A DNA stretch of 62,879 bases, the filler included, from Octopus bimaculoides (lineage: Eukaryota), in the NCBI RefSeq assembly GCF_001194135.2. It is 7 parts of 7 records of this genome, joined end to end, with 100 filler letters (N's around TTAATTAATTAA, not from the genome) between each part and the next. Parts side by side here need not be neighbours in the genome. Positions count along the whole stretch, not along the records: positions 1 to 23,902 come from NC_069001.1; positions 24,003 to 29,604 come from NC_068990.1; 5 more parts are not named here. One strand, written 5' to 3'. The notes below the pieces were generated by a model, which was not told where the DNA came from, did not search any database, and worked only from the letters and a program-made list of their open reading frames with translations. Shown here piece after piece: positions 12,040 through 24,107 of the stretch; the first letter of the stretch is position 1, and each line of letters begins with the position of its first letter. A program made the translations under genes and the position numbers.

Positions 12040-12666
12040 ATTCAACATCTAAACGTTCTCGCTCTTTTCATTCTCTTTTCTCGCCGGCCGGTGAAGAGGT
12101 AACACAGGTCCAACAGAGCTCTCTTACATGAGCGTGGTCGTATCAAGCTGTCTCTCCAACATTCCAACTCTGGGGACAGCTCATAACAACATTCCGGCGT
12201 CTCAGCAACCATGCCTATTTTCCTCCATGAATAAATATTGTTATGTTTCTGGTTTAGAGACTGCGTTATCCGTTCTTAAATTTTTCCTTAAAGTTTGATG
12301 TGAGGAATTAGTTATTTAACCTAAAGGTTGAATAAAGAAAGATATTTCTTACACATGCACTCTTTTATTGAAAATAATTTCTTATATGATCCTTCACAAA
12401 TTTGTTTCATACATTTGTTATCCATATTTTACTATTAACATTAAATTTTTTTTAAATATTATTTTGCATTTAAAATATTTATTACAAGAATTTTTAAAAA
12501 AAATTTAATATATTTAAAACAGAAAACAAACAGATGTTTTAAAACAAGAAAATCTTTTCTTTATTGACAGAAATGTAAAAATATTTCATGGACAGATCTT
12601 TTTTTTTTAAATGTAAACAACAGTATTTGATTCTTAATTACAATATATATAAGTGTATATGTATAC

Positions 12667-13043
12667 CAGTGGTTCTCAACCAGGGTCTGAGTGACCCCTG
12701 GGGGTTGTATAAGATTTTGGGAGATCCAGACAATCAAAATAGTAAACTGGGGACTCACAATAGTATTTTAAGGGTTCGTGAAAAATGATTTGTTCTTTAG
12801 ATGTATTTCTTGCATGAAACAACTAGGTTTCTTTCTCTAATGTTTTACGTAGTTCAACATGTTTCCCACCACTGAAACACGTTCCCTTAGAAAGTTCTAT
12901 TGCAACCCCCCTACACAAGTGAATGAGTGAAAAACAAAATAGGAATTTTGAAAGAAATATCTATAAAACTAATTTCAATGTCTATGGGGTTCCACCAGAA
13001 TAAAACGGGTTCATAGGTAAAAAAAAAAGGTTGAGAACCCCTG
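12667..13043. mobile_element. hAT-family MITE
   Basis: TIRs CAGTGGTTCTCAACC / GGTTGAGAACCCCTG; 8-bp flanks ATGTATAC and ATGTATGT (6/8 match). Confidence 0.8.
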
Positions 13044-13988
13044 ATGTATGTATATAGGCACAAGAGGTGTAGTAAGATCACAGGTGGACTGACAATTAAT
13101 AAAGTCTTTGTATGTGGCAGATATACAGGAGCAATTAGCAGCAGTCAGAGCCCAAAATATCAAACAGTCAGAGTCTGTTTGATATTTTAATGGTATGTTG
13201 TGTTGTATTGATGAGATGTAAATTGAACAGAGGAGCAGGGGTTAAAGTTCAAAAATTTTGGCTGAAATTCCCACTACATCAAAATATCTTTCAGTTCCTC
13301 AGAAAGAAGAAAAAAATAATTGATTTTCACTTCATTGACAATTATTTGTAAATCTTTCACTTAAATTTTTCAATGAAATTCTCTTCCTTTTGTTTCTGTT
13401 TTACACAGAAAGAATAATGACTACCAATTCACTGTGTGTGTGTGCGTATGTGTACATACATCTATATTCATGCTTATATACACATGCCTGTGTGCAGACA
13501 GATAGAAGGAAAAACACACAGACAGACAGATAGATAAGAAGGTAGGTAGGTAGATAGGTAGGCAGGAAGTATTCCTACAAAATTACAGTGATTGTCATTT
13601 ATGGGATAAGCATTCTGGCAGTTACCCTTGGGGTCCAAGTGCTAATCTTCAATGTATGCTTTGGCTTGTCATCAATAAATAAATGCTAGAGGTACCATGT
13701 ATTTCTGTACCTGGGAGTCAATAATGTTGTTCAGACAATCCTGTATATATATATATATATATGTATGTATAGTACTGGTCTCAGTCTACTTAGCTGTCAA
13801 GAGCTACCACCCTATCAAGATATCATCTACAGCCAGACTACAGAAAAGGAAAACCCTGTGAAACATAATTACCCAATGCTTGTCTATCCCTTACCACCAA
13901 CAACCTCTCAAACATCTCTCTTTAACCCAATACCACTACTAAGACCCTTAACCTTTACTAACCTGTTCCACCCAATTACGGTTTGGTT

Positions 13989-14177
13989 TTATCGCATTTT
14001 CACCAAGGCTGTAACATATACCCAGACAGAGAGAATGTTATTGGGGTAAGGGTGGACGTAGACAGCGAGGGCAAACTCCACATTGCTGGTGTCGTAGCTG
14101 TGTATTCCCATTTCGTAGATTGATTGGACAACGGATGGGATGTCTGTAAAGGACATATTGATTGGGGAGCCAGAGAT
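13989..14177 (-). CDS. CC2D2A: CC2D2A terminal exon: [10 protein letters not shown]...[31 protein letters not shown]
   Basis: tcttctgcag acceptor, TAA stop at 13991-13989; near-identical to the recalled CC2D2A C-terminus [27 protein letters not shown]. Confidence 0.97.
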   Translation of the reverse strand: [62 protein letters not shown]

Positions 14178-14265
14178 CTGCAGAAGAAAGAGAAGAAAAA
14201 ATACAAGGATCAGTTTAATAATAATAATAATAATAATAACAATAACATTAAGCTAACAACCTTAC

Positions 14266-14341
14266 CTTATAAGAAGACCAAGAATGTTCAATGTCTGTGA
14301 TATGTTCCTTAATGGTAGCACTTGTACAATTTTCCTCCAAC
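14266..14341 (-). CDS. CC2D2A: CC2D2A exon: (K)LEENCTSATIKEHITDIEHSWSSYK
   Basis: gtgaag acceptor, gtaagg donor; 76 nt, phase 2 to 0 exactly bridges the flanking exons; aligns by position to recalled [26 protein letters not shown]. Confidence 0.88.
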
Positions 14342-15205
14342 CTTCACATGAAAGAAATTATGACAGAGATTTAGAACATATTTTAAACAAGGGTGGGGTA
14401 TATAGACTGATTAGATCTCTGCTCCATATTTAACTGGTACATATTGAAGACAAGGGAGACCTCTATATGGTAGCAAGACCTGATAGAGTTAGCAGCTAAA
14501 TCTCCCTAGGGTTATACTTTTACTTTCTTAAAAAGAAAAAAAGGGACACAGTCAATAACATTGTCCTAAAATAAGATGGTGGAGGTATATGACCAAGTGG
14601 TTAGGGCTTTGTATTAGTAATCATATGATCGTGGTTTCAATTCTCAGACCGGGTAGTGGGCTGTGTTCTCATCAACCCCAGTGCTCAACCGGTACCTATT
14701 TTATCAACTTCAAAAGCATGGAAGGGTAAAGTCAACTCTGGCAGAATTTGAACTCAAAACGTATAGACAGACGAAAATGCTACTATGCATTTTCGTCTGT
14801 TTCATCTGGTGTGCTAATGATTCTGCCAGCTCACTTCGCTTAACAATAAATACAATTATCATCACAAACACCACCAAATCAAACACTAGAAGAAACCCCA
14901 ACCCCCAAAAAGTCATCATAGCTTTGCTGCCTATCCCCCCAAACCACCGCCACCACCATCACCACCACTGTCACTGCCACCACCACAGCCATTGCCACCA
15001 CCACCACCACTACCACCACCACCACTACCACNNNNNNNNNNNNNNNNNNNNNNNNNNNNNNNNNNNNNNNNNNNNNNNNNNNNNNNNNNNNNNNNNNNNN
15101 NNNNNNNNNCCGTCACCACCACCACTATACTATATCCCCACCAAAATCTTATCACTAACATCACCACACAGACACACCCTAGAAGAATGATTGCAACCTC
15201 CTTAC

Positions 15206-15366
15206 TTGGGCAGAATCTTCCGGATGATCATTGTGAAATAACGATTCCATCTCGTCAGGTGTTTCCTTCGCCAATCAGAAAATTTGTTCTTCAGGCATTT
15301 CTCGATCTTGTCTTGGAGTTCCTTCACATAGCTGTCATCTGTGTCAGTATAGTCTAGAGAGTCGAC
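15206..15366 (-). CDS. CC2D2A: CC2D2A exon: [53 protein letters not shown]
   Basis: ccttgtag acceptor, gtaagg donor; 161 nt, phase 0 to 2; matches recalled [28 protein letters not shown]. Confidence 0.95.
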
Positions 15367-15387
15367 CTACAAGGAGACAAGTGACAG

Positions 15388-15418
<31 letters not shown>

Positions 15419-16092
15419 AATAGATAGATACAGGGAGAGAGGCAGGTATGTAGACAAACAGATAGATAGATAATTATAGATAATGGATTTGACTAATCTG
15501 GTGGTACTCATAAAAAAGTTCCTCAAAGTATCATTCCACAAAAAATATCATGAAGCATTTTGTCTGATATGCTAACAATTCAGCCCAACTTGCTGTTACC
15601 AAGTTTGTCTTTCAAATGCTCATCTTGTTTTCCACACAAAATTACAAGAACCATCATATATATATATAATCAAAATAAGCAACAAGGATATCCAGAGGTA
15701 ATGCATTTAACTGAGGGATAACATTTCTGTGATAGTTGAGGTACCAGTTGCATATTTGCTTTGCAGCTCATTAATAAGTGATGGTCATACTCATTACTGA
15801 GTTGATTTCCATCACACACACACACACATGATGTCATGATTCTGCATTGCATTTAACTGAGAGATGACATTTCTGTAGATGGTTTCTGATGATAGTTATG
15901 GTAACAGCTGCAGATCATCAACTGGACTAAAAATATCATATTTGCTTAGCAGATCATTAACGAGGGTGGTCACACTTTTGACTTCATCACACACATTAAA
16001 AAAAACCCTTCAAAAAAATGAACATTTCTCATTGTCAGAGAGAGATACAGAGACAGACAGACAGACAGTGATAGAAATAAAGGAGGACTGAC

Positions 16093-16215
16093 CTGTACTG
16101 AAGACAATCCAGGGTTTGGATAGTTGGAATGGAAAAACGGTTTCCAGCAAGATGCATCATCAATGTTGAAAGTCATGCGAGTGGGATTGTCATACATCTG
16201 GACGTTGGCCCATAT
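16093..16215 (-). CDS. CC2D2A: CC2D2A exon: IWANVQMYDNPTRMTFNIDDASCWKPFFHSNYPNPGLSSVQ
   Basis: cctccgtag acceptor, gtcagt donor; 123 nt; matches recalled IWFNIQRYESPLRINFD...WKSFF...PYPGLSSVQ. Confidence 0.95.
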
Positions 16216-16409
16216 CTACGGAGGAATGACAAATAAGGAGTGATACAGGTATGACAGACGTAAGACAATGACAGATAGACGTAAGACAATGAAAGAAACA
16301 ACAGATAAACAGGTAAGACGATAGAGATGACACACAGAGGTGAAATGATGAAAGTGATGACACATAGAAGAGGGACGATGAAAGAGGTGCAGTAGGAGTG
16401 TTTCCTTAC

Positions 16410-16564
16410 ATTTTTGTTGTTTATCAGACAACCTAGGTTGTGCAAGGGGAGGTAACTTGTGTAAGTGTAGTAAAATCTACCGTCTTTGTAGTTCCAAAGC
16501 AAACAGCTGCCATTTTCCTCCATCGTCAATACACATGACGTGACACCATTGGGAATACCACTGC
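16410..16564 (-). CDS. CC2D2A: CC2D2A exon: (G)SGIPNGVTSCVLTMEENGSCLLWNYKDGRFYYTYTSYLPLHNLGCLINNKN
   Basis: ttattcag acceptor, gtaagg donor; 155 nt, phase 1 to 0; matches recalled GNAIPEGPTAYVLT...LIWNPCSG...PLKNVGCLIGPDN. Confidence 0.93.
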
Positions 16565-16587
16565 CTGAATAAGTTCATACAAATACA

Positions 16588-16619
<32 letters not shown>

Positions 16620-18041
16620 TAACAATAATAATAACAATAATAATAATAATAATAATAATAAAGTTCATATAGACACAAATAATAAAAATAAGTGCACCCA
16701 CTGATAAAAATAATTTTGTGACATTTTAAAGCAAAACCAGTTCCTGTTGTTGTAGGTGCTCTATATATGATAAAAATGGGTGTCAGAAACTTCTAGACAA
16801 CATCCCAGGAGATCCATATCTCACAGAAATCAAAAAGATTGTGCTGACAAGTGCTGCCAACATCTTAGAAAAACCTTATTAATTTAAATGTTTCTATTGT
16901 ATTATAGAAATGTATTTCAGTATATTTCTGTACTAGCAGTGACTCGAACAATTCCTAGCGATATCTGAAGAAGGAATTTTTGTATTCCGAAATATTATTA
17001 TTATATCAGACTATGGATAATTAAATTATAACAGTTATTATAGTGCCTTGTTGTGCCATTCAAGACACATTATATTTTAATAATAATAATAATCTTTCAT
17101 ACTTTTATTGGTCACAAGCGCTTACATAAAAACAACATGAAATGACAAAACAGGACGATACAAAATGTTTTGGAACATTTAAATAAAAAATAATAATCCT
17201 TTCTACTATAGGCACAAGGCCTGAAATTTGGGGGAGGGGTAAGTCAATTATATTGACACCAGTACTCAACTGGTACTTAATTTATCGACCCCAAAAGGAT
17301 GAAAAGCAAAGTCGACCTTGGCGGAATTTGAACTCAGAACATAGCAATGGGCGAAATACCACTAAGCATTTCATTCAGTGTGCTAATGATTCTGCCAGTT
17401 TGCCACCTTAATAATAATAATAATAATAATAATGATAATAATAATAATAAATTCTTTTATGGGCCACAAAGGTTTACATAAAAACAACATGAAATGACAA
17501 AACAGGACAATACAAAGGGTTTTAGAACATTTAAATAAAAAATAATAATGATGACGATGATGATGATAATGATGCAAGCTGGCGGAATCATTAGCATATT
17601 GGACAAAATGTTTAGTGGCATTTTGTCCGTCTTTATGTTCTGAGTTTAATTTCTGCCAAGGTTGACTTTGCCTTTCATCCTTTCGGAGTCGATAAAATAA
17701 GTACCGACTGAACATTGGGATTTATGTAATCAACTAGAAGCTGCACCCAAAATTGGGAGTTTTTACTTGTTACATTGTTTTTTTTTCTGTTATTGAATGG
17801 TTACATGGACCTTTTTCTGATTTTGCAAAACCCTTCGTATATCGTCTTGTGTTGTCCTTTAATGTTTTGATTTACATTGGTCCTTGTGGCCAATAAAAAG
17901 AATTAATTATTATTATTATTATTACTATAATTATTTCTGTGCATTAGAGAAAGACAGAATGTTATACATACACTGTGGGACACACAGACAAACATATATA
18001 GAGAGACAGACAGACACAGTGTGAAATGTAGACAGGCTTAC

Positions 18042-18138
18042 CTAAACCAAAATAGGCTGTCTTGCCAAGTCCAAGGAAGTAGTTTGTCAACAGGATGCTG
18101 TGTTCGTCACTGTCTCCAGCCAACATCTGTAGGAATTG
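18042..18138 (-). CDS. CC2D2A: CC2D2A exon (transglutaminase-like region): QFLQMLAGDSDEHSILLTNYFLGLGKTAYFGL
   Basis: catgacag acceptor, gtaagc donor; 97 nt, phase 0 to 1; matches recalled [32 protein letters not shown]. Confidence 0.95.
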
Positions 18139-18484
18139 CTGTCATGGCAACAATAACATTAATAAACAACAATAATAATAACAATAGATAATCTTTAACA
18201 GAGATACAGGTCAATGTATTTCATTGGAAAAGGTTGGGGTATCCTTTAAATCTACCCTGAAACATGATTATATTAACACCAGTGTTTGACTGATATTTAC
18301 TTTATCAAGCCTGATCTTAGCAGAATCTAAACTCAGAGCATAAAGAGCAGGAAGGACAAAAATACCACTAAATATTGCTAACAATTCTGCAAGCTTGCTG
18401 TCTTATTGACCAGCCCCTTCCCCCAAATTTCCCCCAACCATACACACACATATCAAACATATATATGAATTTGCATATACTTAC

Positions 18485-18574
18485 ATCACATGTAGTCCAG
18501 ATATCACAACATTCTGGTAAAGCCCTGCATTCCGGCACATGTGGGATGAGGGACACGTACTTGGCTACAGCTTG
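18485..18574 (-). CDS. CC2D2A: CC2D2A exon: QAVAKYVSLIPHVPECRALPECCDIWTTCD
   Basis: ctttcaacag acceptor, gtaagt donor; 90 nt; matches recalled ELVARYVSLIPFLPD...CDLWSTSD. Confidence 0.95.
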
Positions 18575-19436
18575 CTGTTGAAAGAAGCATGAACAGAGGT
18601 GATGAGAGAGAGAGAGAAAGAGGAATTAGGATACAGATGATAGGAGCAAGAGGTAGTTTATGGTAAAGGAGACAACTGTGTTTGTGACGAGACAAGAAAA
18701 AAGTGGGAAAACCCTTTACGAGGTCATCTGACTTGCTAAAAATAGCAGCCAAATTACTCCCTTAAACATCATTCCATCATGTATATTTATATCATCATCA
18801 TTTAATGTGTGTTTTCCATGCCGGAATGAGTTGGACAGTTTGACAGGAGCTGGCAAACTGAAGTGCTGCCTGGGCCCCATACCTATTTTGGCATGGTTTC
18901 TATAGCTGGATGCCCTTCCTAACACCAACCAATGGAGTCCACATGGAAGAAAACTTTGTTTTCCAATAAACCCTGCTGACTTATCCTTATTTTTCTTTTT
19001 TTCTGAATTTTTAAAACTGTAAAGGTAATTTATGGACACCCTCTGTGTGTGTGTGTGTAAATAAATATATATGAATAAACAAATATATAAATATACATAA
19101 ATATATATACATATATAAATGAATATATAAACATACGTGCATACATATATATATATAGGTTTGTGTATATGTATAAGTCCGTTGTTTACATTATGTTCTC
19201 TAACACAGCAGTTCATCAAGTAGAGATTAATATATTAACTGTACAAGAATGAAATATGTGTTGTAGTTGACATGACCTCGAATTTTATCCAACCCATGCA
19301 AGCATTGAAAAGTGTGCGTGTTAAAGTGTAGAAATGACAATGACACACATATACATTCGTACACGAACATATATACACACCAACACACATATACATACAC
19401 ACTGACACACCTCCACATGTACAAACACACACACAC

Positions 19437-19652
19437 AAGTGGGTGCTGAAAAGTTCCTGCCTTTAAGTAAAAGAAAATACAGGAGGATCAGTTAATTGTG
19501 ATTTTATTCAACATGTTCCCTTCTCAGATTCACACACTCATTGCAGTGGTCCTTCAGTTTTTCTAAGCCCTGTAAAAGAACTCGGAAGGTTGGGCCTCCA
19601 ACCAGGCCTTTTGCAATACCCTTAAAGCCCGGAACTTTTCAGTAGCCCTCCA
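19437..19652. mobile_element. mariner-derived MITE in a CC2D2A intron
   Basis: Inverted ends GGGTGCTGAAAAGTTCCTGCCTTTAAG / CTTAAAGCCCGGAACTTTTCAGTAGCCC. Confidence 0.7.
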
Positions 19653-19811
19653 TACATACTCACATGACATATATACACTCTGACACACACATACAAACAA
19701 ATTACAGAAACTTCCTAAGAAAAATAAAAACAACAAAGTGAATGAGAGTGAGGAAGAATAGGAGAGGTAAGAGGACAAAGTTGAGAGGTCAGAGGTGGAA
19801 GGTCAACTCAC

Positions 19812-20009
19812 AGCTGCAGCAATGCCAGTTTTACCAGTTGTTATCTCCTTTGGTGGCAGGAGCGGCTTGAAGAAACGAGTGACAAACACTGCTTTACCTA
19901 GGATGTCTGTGACTGTGGTCTTGTATACTCTTTTGGACCATTTGGCCTCCAGTTGACGCTGCCAGACATCACAGTACTGCAGAAGTTTCTCATCTTCGTT
20001 ACTGTCAAA
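19812..20009 (-). CDS. CC2D2A: CC2D2A exon: FDSNEDEKLLQYCDVWQRQLEAKWSKRVYKTTVTDILGKAVFVTRFFKPLLPPKEITTGKTGIAAA
   Basis: attag acceptor, gtgagt donor; 198 nt, phase 0/0; matches recalled FESQEDEKLLQ...[23 protein letters not shown]. Confidence 0.95.
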
Positions 20010-20824
20010 CTAATAATAATAATATTAATAAGAATAAGAATAATAATAGTAATTTCAAATTTTGGTACAAAAGTCAACAATTTTGAGGGAGGGGCTAAGT
20101 TGGTTGCATGACCCCAGTACTCAACTGGTACTTATTTTATTGACCCCATAAGAATGAAAGGCAAGGTCAACTTCGGCAGAATTTGAACTCAGAACATGCA
20201 GACAGATGAAATGCTGCTAAGCATTTTGCCTGGCATGTTCACAATTCTGCCAGATTGCTGTCTTAATAATAAGAATAATCCTTTCTACTAAAGGCACAAG
20301 GCCTGAAATTTTGAGGGAAGGGGTCGGTTGATTAGATCGACTCCAGTATGTAACTGGTACTTAATTTATTGACCCCGAAAGGATGAAAGGCAAAGTCAAC
20401 CTAGGCAGAATTTGAACTCAGAACATAACAGCAGACGAAATACTGCTAAGCATTTCGCCCAGTATGGTAACAATTCTGCCAGCTCACCGCCATACAAATA
20501 ATAATAATGATAATAATAATAATAATAAATAATAATCTTTTCTTATTTTGGCACAACACTAGCAATTTTGAGAGGAAAGGGAAATCGGTGGCATCAATTC
20601 CAGAGCTCAACTGCTACTTATTTTATCGACCCTGAAAGAATGAAAAGCAAAGTTGGACTTAGCAGCATTTGAACCCAGTATGTAAAGCCACACCAAATGT
20701 CACTTAGCATTTTTTCCCAGCATGCTAACAATTCTGCCAGGTTTGCTGTTGTAGTAGCAGTACTATCCATTCATGCTGATATAACCATGAAATAATAAGA
20801 GAGGGGAAAAAAAAAAGACATTAC

Positions 20825-20995
20825 CCTCTCCTTGAAGGGCTCTGGCGGAATAAGGGTTGGCTGTAAGGTGATGAACAGGGTGATGTAGGAATCAGTTAAT
20901 GGCATCAATATTGAATCCATGTCTGTAGGGTGGTTCTTTGGTTGGCAATAGCCGAGAAGAAGAGGTGGAGTATTCAACTGTAGAGTTCCTTCAAT
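20825..20995 (-). CDS. CC2D2A: CC2D2A exon: IEGTLQLNTPPLLLGY...[22 protein letters not shown]
   Basis: aacag acceptor, gtaatg donor; 171 nt, phase 0/0; matches recalled IDGTFKIDIPPVLLGY...[22 protein letters not shown]. Confidence 0.95.
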
Positions 20996-21892
20996 CTGTT
21001 CAGGTGTGGTGGTCAGGTGGTTGGTTGTCCAGAAAGAAAGGGAAGAGGAAAAAGTGAATGAAATACACAAATAAACAATTATCATTAAAATTCAAATAAT
21101 GCAAAAGAAGAAGCTCTACATTAAAATCTTTATCTATATAACTTGCTTAACGTACGGGTATTGTTGAAAAACCAAAGGCTGCAGTTTTTATCTGGGGGGG
21201 GGGGNNNNNNNNNNNNNNNNNNNNNNNNNNNNNNNNNNNNNNNNNNNNNNNNNNNNNNNNNNNNNNNNNNNNNNNNNNNNNNNNNNNNNNNNNNNNNNNN
21301 NNNNNNNNNNNNNNNNNNNNNNNNNNNNNNNNNNNNNNNNNNNNNNNNNNNNNNNNNNNNNNNNNNNNNNNNNNNNNNNNNNNNNNNNNNNNNNNNNNNN
21401 NNNNNNNNNNNNNNNNNNNNNNNNNNNNNNNNNNNNNNNNNNNNNNNNNNNNNNNNNNNNNNNNNNNNNNNNNNNNNNNNNNNNNNNNNNNNNNNNNNNN
21501 NNNNNNNNNNNNNNNNNNNNNNNNNNNNNNNNNNNNNNNNNNNNNNNNNNNNNNNNNNNNNNNNNNNNNNNNNNNNNNNNNNNNNNNNNNNNNNNNNNNN
21601 NNNNNNNNNNNNNNNNNNNNNNNNNNNNNNNNNNNNNNNNNNNNNNNNNNNNNNNNNNNNNNNNNNNNNNNNNNNNNNNNNNNNNNNNNNNNNNNNNNNN
21701 NNNNNNNNNNNNNNNNNNNNNNNNNNNNNNNNNNNNNNNNNNNNNNNNNNNNNNNNNNNNNNNNNNNNNNNNNNNNNNNNNNNNNNNNNNNNNNNNNNNN
21801 NNNNNNNNNNNNNNNNNNNNNNNNNNNNNNNNNNNNNNNNNNNNNNNNNNNNNNNNNNNNNNNNNNNNNNNNNNNNNNNNNNNNNNNNNNNN

Positions 21893-21943
<51 letters not shown>

Positions 21944-22621
21944 ATCTGTTTCACTATAACCTTTTCATCATCCAACACAAGATCACCTCCTCCAATGCTT
22001 CCTCCCTTCTTAAAAGTTTTTTTTGTCTTGCAAGTACTTGGTGACCCTGTCAGTGCAGTTGCCACTTAAAAGCACCCAGTCCACACTGTAAAGTGGTTGG
22101 TGTTCAGAAGGGCATCCAGCTGTAAAAATCCTTGCCAAAACTGACATTGCCTGTGCTTGTGCCACATAAAAAGCACTAAGTCCACTCTGCTGGGTGGGTG
22201 GTGTTAGGAAGGGCATGCAGCTGTGAAAATCCTGCCAAAACAGTCACAGAAGTCTGGTGGAGGCTTCGGCCTGGCCGACTCTTGTGAAACTGTCCCACCC
22301 ATGCTAGCATGGAAGGCGGACATTAAACAATGATGATGATGATGAATGTATGTGTGTGTGCATCTTTGTGCTCCACCACCACTTGACAACAGGCGTTTGT
22401 TTGTTTACATCTCCCAGACTTAGTGGTTTGACAAAAAGAGACCAACAGAATAAGTTCCAGGGTTTAAAAAAAAAAAAATTAAAATAAGTACTGGAGTCAA
22501 TTTGTTTGACAAAAACCCTTGATAGCAGTGCTCCAGCATGGCCACAGTCTAATGACTGAAACAAGTAAAAGATAAACGAAAAGAATTGAGTAATTAATGA
22601 TATTGATTAAGAATCACTTAC

Positions 22622-22720
22622 TTTGCCGTTGTAGTAAATGGTAGAGAAAGGTATCTTGAGGGTGCCTAGCCACTTTTTCTCAACTCTTTGATGGATCTCT
22701 GTGTCTTGTTTTGTATCATC
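22622..22720 (-). CDS. CC2D2A: CC2D2A exon: DDTKQDTEIHQRVEKKWLGTLKIPFSTIYYNGK
   Basis: cttacttcag acceptor, gtaagt donor; 99 nt, phase 0/0; matches recalled human [25 protein letters not shown]. Confidence 0.95.
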
Positions 22721-22729
22721 CTGAAGTAA

Positions 22730-23520
22730 GGGAGAGAGAGAGGGGGGAACGTTGTTAGTAAGGAGATGGAGAAAATGAGAAAGGATGAGGGGGGGATAAG
22801 GGGACGGAAAAGAGAGATGAGGGATAGGCACAGTAAGAGAGATGAAGCAAATGAGAAAAGAAAGGGGAGAAAAGGAGAGAGAAGACACATGGGAGAGAAG
22901 GAGGACAGACGAGACAGGAAAGAAAAGGGGACGGACGAGAAGGGTGAAAATGGAAAAGAAGATGAGGGACAGGGAAGAAAAGGAGAGAGAAAAGCCAGGA
23001 AAGAAGAGCGAAAATGGAGCAGGAGAGAGATTAGGGGACAGACACAGTATGAGAAATGAAGTGAATGAGGAGACAGGGGAGATAAGGGGACAGAAGAGAG
23101 ATGAGTGAGAGACAGAGTAAGAGAGGTGAAGGGAACGAGAAGGGACGGGAAAGAAAAAGGGATGGAAGAGACTAGGGAACAAGAAGGGACAGAAAAGAAA
23201 TGGGGATAGAAGAGACTAGAGAGATAAGGAGATAGAAGAGATTGGGGAAGTAAGGGGAGAAAAGAGACTAAGGAAGTAAGGGGACAGAAGAAACTGGGGA
23301 GATAAGGGGACAGAAGAGATGGGGAGATAAGGGAGTGGTAGAGAGAGGAAAACATGGAACGAAAGCGAGAAAAGGGATGAATAGGCAGAGTAAATGCTGA
23401 AAAAAATGGCAGACATGAAAAGTATAAAGACGAGAGAAGGAGTAAAGAATGAAGATGAAAGACAGAAGAAAAGGGAAACAATGACAGAAGAAAAAAACAG
23501 AATTAAAAGAAAGGTAAAGT
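22730..23520. repeat. About 800-bp purine-rich low-complexity intronic tract
   Basis: Almost exclusively A/G on plus, recurring GGGAGATAAGGGGACAGAAGAG. Confidence 0.85.
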
Positions 23521-23549
23521 GAGTGAGGAGATGCGAATTCAAAACCTAC

Positions 23550-23646
23550 CTGAAGGATATTAACATGAACTTCATCAAATATTGTGAGATGAATAACATC
23601 GGTGACTGTCTGCAAGTTCTTGGGTGTCAAATTGTGATTTGATGTC
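23550..23646 (-). CDS. CC2D2A: CC2D2A exon, most 5' visible (end of C2 domain): TSNHNLTPKNLQTVTDVIHLTIFDEVHVNILQ
   Basis: ttttcacag acceptor and CAG|gtaggt donor; 97 nt, phase 2 in, phase 0 out; resembles recalled human [32 protein letters not shown]. Confidence 0.9.
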
Positions 23647-23659
23647 CTGTGAAAATAGA

Positions 23660-23704
<45 letters not shown>

Positions 23705-23946
23705 GATATAAATCTATACTATAAAAGGCAAATCTACTGTGTGTGTGTGTATGTTTAAAATTCATACATTTACACAATTCAAAATTTCTTCGATTAAACA
23801 ATTGCAATTAATATTCTAAATACAATAAGTTAGGTCACTGCGTCATTTTTTCACTCCAAAAATTTCCTAATAATGAATAAAATCCGTAAAACTACAGGAG
23901 TANNNNNNNNNNNNNNNNNNNNNNNNNNNNNNNNNNNNNNNNNNNN

Positions 23947-23958
23947 TTAATTAATTAA
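23947..23958. other. Artificial assembly linker (N44-TTAATTAATTAA-N44)
   Basis: Identical 100-bp structure six times; gives stops in all six frames. Confidence 0.95.
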
Positions 23959-24107
23959 NNNNNNNNNNNNNNNNNNNNNNNNNNNNNNNNNNNNNNNNNN
24001 NNCACACATATATGAAAACCTTCCTACGGTCACTGACCATGTAACATCTCAGCTCGTAAGTTACCCCATCATTTCGTTTTTGTCTTGCTATTACATGTTT
24101 TATTATG

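Noticed and set aside
12150-12216. U17/snR30-like m1/m2 motifs (ACATTCC, AACCAT) and U3-like boxes
   Set aside because: Wrong spacing and order, no terminal ACA box, no C/D boxes
22607-23481. 191-271 aa F/S/L-rich ORFs
   Set aside because: Purine/pyrimidine-skewed intron sequence; only 22622-22720 is a real exon
23947-23958. TTAATTAATTAA as a biological motif
   Set aside because: Always centred in exactly 88 Ns; a synthetic scaffolding spacer
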